Of a DNA stretch of 59,449 nt, positions 22,101 to 28,061 are shown one piece after another. The stretch lies in the NCBI GenBank assembly GCA_045863295.1, contig BTWA01000037.1:1-59449 (forward strand), written 5' to 3'. Source of the DNA: Candidatus Hydrogenedentota bacterium. GTDB lineage: Bacteria; Hydrogenedentota; Hydrogenedentia; Hydrogenedentales; SLHB01. The notes under the pieces were generated by a model, which saw only the letters and a program-made list of their open reading frames with translations, made no database searches and was not told where the DNA came from. The position numbers and the translations under genes are program-made. The stretch's first letter is position 1; every line of letters starts with the position of its first letter.

Positions 22101-22647
22101 GAGTGGTGGCGGCAGCGACGGGTGGGTCATCTCACGACCGGAGGGAGCGTGGCCGGTGGGGCAGGATATTCTCTTTGAAGTAACCGCTGCGACAGAATCC
22201 GGCGAAGCACTTGAAAGCATTACGTATACGTTTCGAATCGTGGAGAATCCTTCGCTGGAAGGCATTCCGCCCATGGCCGGATCCGTCGGTGACGTGATCG
22301 AAGTACGCCCGTCGGGAACGGTCGGAGAGCCGTCCGGCATTATCATTGCCAATCCGAAGGCGGCGGGCCAGGCAACGGTTTACTGCTATCTCGCCGATGG
22401 GGATCATCCTGGTTGGTATCGGGGGGATCGAGTGGACGGGTGGCTTGCCAGAGATCCTGTGGTGACGGAAGACGGATCGGTGCATATAAGCGTTCGACAT
22501 GGCGCGGTAATCTGCATGGGTCCGGACAATGTGGAGGAGATGCCCGCATCCGCCGGGCTTGGCCATGGGGACCTGCTCGTAATCATGTCCACATTTGCCG
22601 TGTTGGCGATACTCCAGAGGCAAATTCCAAGACTTCGAAAGCGATAA
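16117..22647 (+). CDS. NHL-repeat / C13-like peptidase surface protein, paralogue 3, with 4 PEGA-like stalk repeats
   Basis: GGGGGA SD before ATG 16117; YLVDHG / YDACESGTF; four AGA.W..DG repeats; ends GDLLVIMSTFAVLAILQRQIPRLRKR. Confidence 0.9.
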   Translation: MSLPVRCVVYAGLAYCSLCGAETVYQLDRTWPVETNPLPSFVNAHSLTVDRQGNVYITEWFFHRIFKTDSTGQPILHWGTLGDGLGQVSHPAGVSTSVDGKVYVLESGNNRVQVFDGIGVPLFQFGSAGSGDGQFSLPFDILVGLDGKVYVVDQGNDRVQVFTADGQFLRKWGSSGIGDGQFDAPTGIAMDDDGNIYVADRELDRVQKFDIEGNFLAKWGATGTGNGQMDYPTGVAILPNGLVCVADSGNSRVQLFDANGVYQYQFGSVGPGDGQFSTLDAIDVGPDGLIYALESENSRVQVFNANGSYLRQWGRFGNPPGHFAAPAAVTVSPDGTMYAVDRYLHRIQKFAPDGSFDSYLGSPNGAGGGDGEFNWPESIAMNAAGDVYVTDTSNNRVQKFDASGNFLLKWGVTGAGDGEFVWPNAVAIGPDGSVYVCDYGNNRVQRFDANGIFISKWGSGGSGNGQFTDIHGVAVTSDGTVFVADAGNNRIQKFTSTGAYLGQTQSPGSGDGQFNAPYDVKIGADGNLYVADTGNHRIQIVDTNFTYLNQIGNGFQGGDNFLSPFGVSPGPAGSVYVADTDQRRVQKFVPVESSTITSVSKAVVVMGGGSYPGNGLLPATVASGALAFWAMTQQGINPAEIYVLGPSLGAQLNFTVDADVDAIATKSALADALTQWAMEPVNGLPVKDVYVYLVDHGGVGKFRLNADDEILDETELAGWLNTLQPAITGDLVVIYDACESGTFLATLNGSNGAGERVLITSTASGEPAHFVQGGQISFSSIFWPEILNGQSIGDAFTRASAAMGWANQQSLLEADGNGSPNESTDIAVANGLILGKGTTQYFDNAQIGSVAPDSQIAGVNDGLIWVDDVTDNDGIQRVWAVITPPSYVSAYSTMAVIDRASLDLVHVGGDRYEATYGEFVVPGTYAVDIFVEDGVGVIAGPVHTTVDVGTPPRRKAIVIAGGDPGGELWPAHDWASSWVYSALKIQAYTDDDIYFLTHADVADAPGKDGVPGMASIQAAIGTWGIQNTRDLTIVLVGPGGLGQFLPNATEVLSWDTLDGWLDSAQANIPGVVTVIADCDGSGSLLPKMSAPVAKVRYCVAASGAGQQAAFGNGGVMSFTRFFWVATALGANLGESFNVAAEAMAFAANQRSEIDDTLDGYFDLKSDGFQALHYTIGTEIGLAGDEPLIGAVVGEQILGENDSEATIWVDQVSTLLALHQVVGLITPPGGAEPVEILLQPDGTGRYSATYNGFVNFGTYPVTVTAVDLRGVSSAPAETIVAKPNPLGVDPDIYEQDNSFGEAKPITVDGFPDQRHNFHVQADEDWVSFYATLGDVVTIETNNLGFACDTIIELYGTNGTSLINSQDDRSLGDKSSRLVWTVTATGVYFVRVRDTEDAHGDGATYDLRVWRETGPEKDVNVTLNFVSTAQGGAAVPNVTMSFIHQGNDLQKTISNYSVQFGGNYNFSWYSGTYRVEASAPGFSPVTYNPIVANAGGSINLAIQMTPVPGSIQTTILPAGAVSAGAKWHTGDNILQNSGATVSNLAPGNYSVVFTPVAGWIKPATQNVQVSSSATTQVTGTYVQAGSVSVTIQPAEAMAAGAQWRLDGGPMQASGATLTDVTPGSHTITFSTVAGWITPADIQATVTGGQTNDETGTYVARTGSLNVTLLPTAAVTAGGQWQVDGGAWHNSGDTVNGLSIVGQRTVSFKSISGWAKPGDKSVQIVEGQTANESGTYTVETGSLKVTIEPDEAVNAGAKWRVDNGALNASGATVTGLSVDEHILSFVQVDGWVTPAPQNVDITANTLTTKTGTYQKATLTTPSGLQASDGTFTDKIRLTWNPVQSATGYKIFRATTWNGGEAAQLGTSTNAFFEDFSAAPPSNTGGGGCKSAPAALKVDYVKYVYWVQATGPGGIQGDWSAPDDGYRGAAKNFTNELIDPVYESALPPVSLGPNLRAARPDDVLAVRIRADGVIDPTSIVTQVTSNGIPIANGEWMPYESGGGSDGWVISRPEGAWPVGQDILFEVTAATESGEALESITYTFRIVENPSLEGIPPMAGSVGDVIEVRPSGTVGEPSGIIIANPKAAGQATVYCYLADGDHPGWYRGDRVDGWLARDPVVTEDGSVHISVRHGAVICMGPDNVEEMPASAGLGHGDLLVIMSTFAVLAILQRQIPRLRKR

Positions 22648-22670
22648 TCGGCAACCTCATCAAACCTTTT

Positions 22671-22715
22671 GCCGGGAGGCCAGACAGGAATGGCATCCCG
22701 GCCAATCTGTTTTCC
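22671..22715 (+). terminator. Possible intrinsic terminator after paralogue 3
   Basis: GCCGGGAGGCCA / TGGCATCCCGGC stem (11/12) followed by a weak, displaced T tract. Confidence 0.4.
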
Positions 22716-22755
22716 TCTGCGCCCTGATTTGCTTTTCAGTCCCGCAAATTCCGGT

Positions 22756-22783
22756 TGAACCCTTCTTCCAGCCCATGCGTCTA
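22756..22783 (+). promoter_or_regulatory. ECF sigma-type promoter, probably autoregulatory
   Basis: TGAACC-N16-CGTCTA, carrying the AAC and CGT cores typical of ECF promoters, directly upstream of the ECF gene. Confidence 0.7.
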
Positions 22784-22806
22784 CAATGTTGGAAAGAGGA
22801 GGTCAC

Positions 22807-23352
22807 GTGCGACCCAGGCGGGAAATCGAAAGCGACCTGTTGCTGATCCGGTTCCATCGGGGCGATCTGGCGTCTTTTTCGGAATTGATGCGGTTATGGG
22901 AAAGACGGCTTTTCTACTACATCCGGCGCATGGTCCCCGCGGAAGAGGACGCATGGGACATCCTGCAGGATGTTTGGATGCGGGCCTATACGCAGATGCG
23001 AACGGTGCGCGATGCGGCCTCGCTTCGTTCCTGGCTGTATTGCGTGGCGCACAATGCTGCGGTTAGTCATCTGCGAAAGCACTCGCGCTACGAGGCGGCA
23101 TTGGAAAACGTGGAAACTCCCGCACATGGCGATTCGCCAGCATTCGATTCCGACGATGCGCGGATGATTCATGAAGGCATTGAAAAGCTCGCGTCCGCGC
23201 ACAGGGAAGTCATAGTACTCTACTTTATAGAAGAGTTTTCGCAAGCCGAAATTGCGAACATCCTGAACATACCCGAAGGCACAGTGAAGTCCAGATTGCA
23301 CCATGCAAAACACGCCTTGAGGACGATCCTCGACGCGGAGCACGGAACATGA
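22807..23352 (+). CDS. ECF RNA polymerase sigma factor
   Basis: Region 2 (EDAWDILQDVW, SWLYCVAHN) and region 4 (EIANILNIPEGTVKSRLHHA); GAGGAGG SD before GTG 22807. Confidence 0.95.
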   Translation: MRPRREIESDLLLIRFHRGDLASFSELMRLWERRLFYYIRRMVPAEEDAWDILQDVWMRAYTQMRTVRDAASLRSWLYCVAHNAAVSHLRKHSRYEAALENVETPAHGDSPAFDSDDARMIHEGIEKLASAHREVIVLYFIEEFSQAEIANILNIPEGTVKSRLHHAKHALRTILDAEHGT

Positions 23353-23954
23353 ATCACAAAGTGGCATTGGCCGACAAGCTGATTGCGCTGGACGCGATCG
23401 ATCCGGCGTTGGAAGGCCGCTATCGACGGGAGGTGAATGCGATGTTGGAACGAACGCTAAAACCAATTGAGCGTGTGGCGCTGATTGCCGCCGCAGTGTT
23501 CAGTTTTTCGACGACAGTATTGTTTGCTGTCGTAATGTGGAGGACATGGGGCGAACTTCCTGCGATAGCGTCGGCCGGATTCGCGATCGGATCCGTGTTC
23601 GGCCTCGCGTTCGGAATCATCTCGCTGGGCATTTTCCGGAAAGGCCGGTTCAATGTAGGGAAAGATATGGGCCGCTATAGCGGCGCTGTCTGGATCTTCA
23701 CGATACTCATGATGACCCTTTTTCTCGTGCTTGGCCAGCAAATGGAAAATGCCGACAAAGGGACCCAATTGATTCTGGTGGGGCTGGTGTTTTTGGTGAC
23801 CTTTGGCGTGGTCGGTCTGCTCCAATTCAACATAAAACAATCCGAACTGCAAATCAGAGAGTCCATTCTTCGTCTGGAGGTTCACTTGGCGGAATTGACG
23901 GAGCAGATTCGAGACAGCCAAAGCCCGGCAGGAAAGGGCGAGGGATCGGTATGA
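23349..23954 (+). CDS. 4-TM membrane protein, putative anti-sigma factor
   Basis: ATGA overlap with the sigma gene; four hydrophobic segments; C-terminal coiled coil. Confidence 0.75.
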   Translation: MNHKVALADKLIALDAIDPALEGRYRREVNAMLERTLKPIERVALIAAAVFSFSTTVLFAVVMWRTWGELPAIASAGFAIGSVFGLAFGIISLGIFRKGRFNVGKDMGRYSGAVWIFTILMMTLFLVLGQQMENADKGTQLILVGLVFLVTFGVVGLLQFNIKQSELQIRESILRLEVHLAELTEQIRDSQSPAGKGEGSV

Positions 23955-24017
23955 CGGAGTCCATGGCGCGTTTGATATGATATCTCTTTCAGTCCTGGAA
24001 GTATCTTGGAGATTCAT

Positions 24018-25409
24018 ATGAGCGCGTTGACACCAAAGCAGATTGTGGCCGAGTTGGACAAGTACATCATCGGGCAAAGCGAGGCAAAGCGGAAAGTGGC
24101 CATTGCGCTGCGAAACCGTTGGCGCCGACAACAACTACCCGACCACCTCCGCGATGAGGTCGCCCCAAAAAACATCATCATGATCGGCCCCACTGGGGTC
24201 GGAAAGACCGAAATCGCACGCCGGCTCTCGAAGCTCGCCGATGCGCCGTTTGTAAAGGTAGAAGCCTCCAAGTTCACTGAAGTGGGTTATGTCGGCAGGG
24301 ATTGCGAATCGATGATTCGCGAATTAACCGAAGTGGCTGTGCAGTTGGTGCGCGCGGAGATGCGCAAAGAGGTGGAGACTAAAGCAAAAGAGAATGCGGA
24401 ACACCGGCTGCTCGATCTCTTGTTGCCTCCTCAGCCACGCGCACAAACGGTATACAGACCATCCGATCCTCTGGCGGGAGATGAAGCCCCGGCGCATTCC
24501 GGTCCGCGCCCCGAAGACAGCGAAGCGCGTACTCGGGAGATTCTGCTGGCCAAGCTTCGCGCGGGCGATTTGGACGACCGCGAAATCGAAGTGGAAGTGC
24601 GTGAGTCAGGCAATAAATCCATGATGCAGGTGTTCTCCAATACCGGTCTGGAAGAAATGGGCATCAACCTCCAAGACATGTTCGGAAGGATGATGCCGCA
24701 GCGCACAAAAAGGCACAAAACCACCGTGGCAGAGGCGCGGCATATACTGGAGAGCGAAGAGACTGAGGCGCTCATCGACATGGATGCCGTTGTGCGCAAG
24801 GCCGTCGAGCGCACGGAAAACTCGGGGATAGTCTTTCTCGACGAGATCGACAAAATTGCCGGACGTGGCACCCCCGGACACGGACCCGATGTCTCCCGCG
24901 AAGGCGTTCAACGGGACATCCTGCCCATCGTGGAAGGGAGCACCGTCACGACCAAGCACGGACCCGTGAAGACCGACCATATTCTCTTTATCGCCGCGGG
25001 CGCGTTCCATATGACCAAAGTTTCGGACCTGATTCCCGAATTGCAGGGCCGGTTTCCCATACGGGTGGAACTGGATAGCCTGCGCTCCGAGGATTTCGCA
25101 CGAATCTTACGTGAGCCGGAGAACTCGCTGATAAAACAGTATCAGGCACTTCTCGCCACGGAAGGAATCGATTTAAGCATCACCGACGACGCCGTCGAAG
25201 CGCTCGCCGCCTTCTGTCAGAAGGTGAACGAAGACACGGAGAACATCGGTGCCCGGCGCCTCCACACGATTATGGAATACCTGATAGAGGATCTGTCGTT
25301 TGAAGCTCCGTTTGATGAGAAGAAAGTGGTCAAGATTGACAGTGCAGACGTTGGAAATCGTCTGGCGGGTCTCATCGAAGACCGCGACCTGAGCCGGTAC
25401 GTCCTTTGA
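24018..25409 (+). CDS. hslU: ATP-dependent protease ATPase subunit HslU
   Basis: [34 protein letters not shown] pore loop, DEIDKI, DLSRYVL end; GGAG SD. Confidence 0.98.
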   Translation: MSALTPKQIVAELDKYIIGQSEAKRKVAIALRNRWRRQQLPDHLRDEVAPKNIIMIGPTGVGKTEIARRLSKLADAPFVKVEASKFTEVGYVGRDCESMIRELTEVAVQLVRAEMRKEVETKAKENAEHRLLDLLLPPQPRAQTVYRPSDPLAGDEAPAHSGPRPEDSEARTREILLAKLRAGDLDDREIEVEVRESGNKSMMQVFSNTGLEEMGINLQDMFGRMMPQRTKRHKTTVAEARHILESEETEALIDMDAVVRKAVERTENSGIVFLDEIDKIAGRGTPGHGPDVSREGVQRDILPIVEGSTVTTKHGPVKTDHILFIAAGAFHMTKVSDLIPELQGRFPIRVELDSLRSEDFARILREPENSLIKQYQALLATEGIDLSITDDAVEALAAFCQKVNEDTENIGARRLHTIMEYLIEDLSFEAPFDEKKVVKIDSADVGNRLAGLIEDRDLSRYVL

Positions 25410-26110
25410 TACGCTTTGACGATTTTGAACGGTTGGGACTTCGACTGGCGGGAATCAGCGACCGGTCGGACGGCGACTGCGGTTGGAACACGGAATCCGG
25501 TCCGGCCAACCGCAAAACCCTGGCCGGACGGCTCGGACTCGACCCCACGCAATTGATCGGCGCCCGGCAAGTGCATTCGGCAAGCGTTTCGGTTGTCACA
25601 AGAGCCGATTGCGGGCGCGGCTCACTCCATCGGGAGGACGCTGTTCCCCAATCGGATGCGCTGATAGCACGTGACAGGGATGTTGTGTTGACAATTCTGG
25701 TGGCCGACTGCGTGCCGGTTTACTTGGTGGACCAAACTACAGGGGCCATCGGCTTGGTCCACGCCGGTCGCTTGGGCACGGAATTGGACATAGTCGGAGC
25801 CACGGTGGACGCCATGATCAGGGAATTGGGGGCAAATCCCAGGGAAATGCACGCTTTAATTGGGCCCTCTGCCGGTCCTGAGCGTTACGAAGTCTCGGAA
25901 GAAATGGCGTGCGCCTGGGCGTCGAGGGGTCTGCCGGGTAGCGGTAGAATGATTAACTTATGGGATGCCAATAAGTTACAGCTTGTTCGGGCGGGCGTTC
26001 CCGCGATAAATATTCATGTAACGTCGATTTGCACCCTTTCGGATCCACGTTTCTTTTCCCATCGTATGGACCGTTCGGGGCGCCGTAATATGGCATTCTT
26101 ACTTGCGTAG
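25406..26110 (+). CDS. pgeF: PgeF/YfiH (laccase-domain, purine nucleoside phosphorylase-like) protein
   Basis: [24 protein letters not shown] motifs; overlaps the hslU stop. Confidence 0.9.
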   Translation: MIRFDDFERLGLRLAGISDRSDGDCGWNTESGPANRKTLAGRLGLDPTQLIGARQVHSASVSVVTRADCGRGSLHREDAVPQSDALIARDRDVVLTILVADCVPVYLVDQTTGAIGLVHAGRLGTELDIVGATVDAMIRELGANPREMHALIGPSAGPERYEVSEEMACAWASRGLPGSGRMINLWDANKLQLVRAGVPAINIHVTSICTLSDPRFFSHRMDRSGRRNMAFLLA

Positions 26111-26249
26111 CAGCTCTGTATGTGATTGTCTTTGGATAAGTTACATGCGGTTAGCCCGCTAGCGCTTCGGATCCTCGGCAGAACGATCCAACGGCTGGGT
26201 ACGGCACGTTAAACCAATGTGGTCCAAAGGCTTCAGGAATTCGGGCAGG

Positions 26250-26279
26250 TTGCACCTCTCACCGTTCATATGCTAAGCT
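26250..26279 (+). promoter_or_regulatory. Putative sigma70 promoter of the rimP operon
   Basis: TTGCAC-N18-TAAGCT with TG extension at 26271-26272. Confidence 0.55.
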
Positions 26280-26308
26280 CATAGCCGGAAACGACTCGGA
26301 AATGCCAG

Positions 26309-26334
26309 AGAGTGGGTGTTTACCCACTCTTTTT
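26309..26334 (+). promoter_or_regulatory. rimP leader terminator-like hairpin (attenuator)
   Basis: AGAGTGGGT-GTTT-ACCCACTCT followed by TTTT immediately upstream of rimP; such a GGG/CCC hairpin is conserved upstream of rimP in many bacteria. Confidence 0.8.
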
Positions 26335-26345
26335 AGTTGATGGTT

Positions 26346-26813
26346 ATGAGTGACATACCGGCTCGAAACGAGATAGTCCGGTGTGCGTGGTCTGAGTTGG
26401 AGCCCCACTTGCGGGAACAAGGCTTCGAATTGGTTGAAGTCGAGTTTCTGAAGCAGGGCTACACGTGGACCCTGCGCCTGTACGTGGATAAGCCCGGCGG
26501 GATTACGCTGGACGATTGCGCGGATGTTTCCCGCTTGCTGAGTCCAATTTTGGACGAGGCCGATTTTGTCGAGGGCAACTATGTGCTGGAGGTATCGTCG
26601 CCTGGAATTGACAGGCCGATTCGAAAGCCGCACGATTTTGAGCGGTATGTTGGAATGCCGGTGAGGATAAAGACACTTGCCCCCGTGCAGGGACGCCGCA
26701 ATTTTCGCGGAGTGCTGACAGCGTTCACCGATGGGATGGCAACCGTCGAGTGCGATGGTTCGGCCTATTCCCTGCATCTGGAGAACGTGCATAAAGCGAA
26801 TTTGGACCGGTGA
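26346..26813 (+). CDS. rimP: Ribosome maturation factor RimP
   Basis: LRLYVDKPGGITLDDC, YVLEVSSPGIDRP. Confidence 0.96.
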   Translation: MSDIPARNEIVRCAWSELEPHLREQGFELVEVEFLKQGYTWTLRLYVDKPGGITLDDCADVSRLLSPILDEADFVEGNYVLEVSSPGIDRPIRKPHDFERYVGMPVRIKTLAPVQGRRNFRGVLTAFTDGMATVECDGSAYSLHLENVHKANLDR

Positions 26814-26843
26814 GTGCCGGGATCCGAAAACAAGGAGCCAAGG

Positions 26844-28007
26844 GTGGGACCGAATTTACAGGTCATCCTGCAGCAATTGCAGGCCGAGAAAGGCATCGAG
26901 CGGGAGACGCTGGTCGAGGCCATCCGCAGCGCATTGGAGACGGCCGCGCGTAAAAGCATCCGTGACAATGCGAACATCACCGTTGAGGTAGATATCGAAA
27001 AGGACAAGCTGGATTTCAAAGTATACGAAATCCGCGAAGTCGTGGAAGTGGCCTCCGACGCAACGCGCGAAATGACGTTGGAAGAGGCGCAAAAGCTAAA
27101 CCCGGAGGTGACTCTGGGCGATCGCCTGAAAGTCCGGACGGAGCCACGTGATTTTGGCCGCATCGCGGCCCAGACGGCCAAGCAGGTAATTCTGCAGAAG
27201 CTCAAAGACGCCGAGCGCGACAATATCTTCGACGAATTCAAAGGGAGAGAAGGCGAATTAATCACCGGCACGGTGAAGCGGGTTTCGCACGGTAACATCA
27301 TCGTGCAGGTAGGCCGGGCCGAGGCCATCGTGCCCCCGCGTGAACAGTCTCCCCGTGAAAACTTCAAACCCGGCGACCGTATCCGGGCATTTTTGCTGGA
27401 AGTGGAAAAGACCCCACGGGGACCCCAGATTATCCTTTCCCGCACGTCAACGGAACTCGTGCGTGCGCTATTCGATTTGGAAGTGCCCGAGATCTACGAC
27501 AACACGATTCAAATACGGGCCATTGCACGCGAGCCGGGCAGCCGCACAAAAATCGCCGTGCAGTCCAAGGACAGCAATGTCGATCCCGTAGGGGCCTGTG
27601 TAGGCATGAAGGGCGCGCGGGTCCGTGCGGTGGTGGAAGAATTGAACGGCGAAAAAATAGACATCGTCCGATACAGCACCAACCCGGTCGAATTCTGCGC
27701 AAACGCGCTGAATCCAGCGGATATTCTGGATATTTCGGTGGACGAACCCAACAAGGAAATCCTTGTAATCGTGCCACAGGATCAGTTGTCGCTGGCTATC
27801 GGCAAGCGCGGCCAGAATGCGCGTCTAGCGTCGCGGCTGATGGGTTGGAATATCGATATCAAGAGCGATACTGAGTTGTCCGGCGGCGCGGAAGATTCGG
27901 TGGCCAAGGCGTTTGACGCCATTGGTTCTGAAGCGAGTGAGACGCAGTCGCCGGAGCCGCCATCCTCTGATTCGGACGAATCGGAAGAGACTGCCGGCGA
28001 TGCGTAG
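26844..28007 (+). CDS. nusA: Transcription termination/antitermination factor NusA
   Basis: FGRIAAQTAKQVI, S1 and KH domains (AREPGSRTKIAV, LAIGKRGQNARLA); AAGGAG SD before GTG 26844. Confidence 0.98.
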   Translation: MGPNLQVILQQLQAEKGIERETLVEAIRSALETAARKSIRDNANITVEVDIEKDKLDFKVYEIREVVEVASDATREMTLEEAQKLNPEVTLGDRLKVRTEPRDFGRIAAQTAKQVILQKLKDAERDNIFDEFKGREGELITGTVKRVSHGNIIVQVGRAEAIVPPREQSPRENFKPGDRIRAFLLEVEKTPRGPQIILSRTSTELVRALFDLEVPEIYDNTIQIRAIAREPGSRTKIAVQSKDSNVDPVGACVGMKGARVRAVVEELNGEKIDIVRYSTNPVEFCANALNPADILDISVDEPNKEILVIVPQDQLSLAIGKRGQNARLASRLMGWNIDIKSDTELSGGAEDSVAKAFDAIGSEASETQSPEPPSSDSDESEETAGDA

Positions 28008-28061
28008 CGGAGCCCAGGGATGCTTCCGCCGCATTGAATGGAGTTGAGGGAGTAGCTTTTT

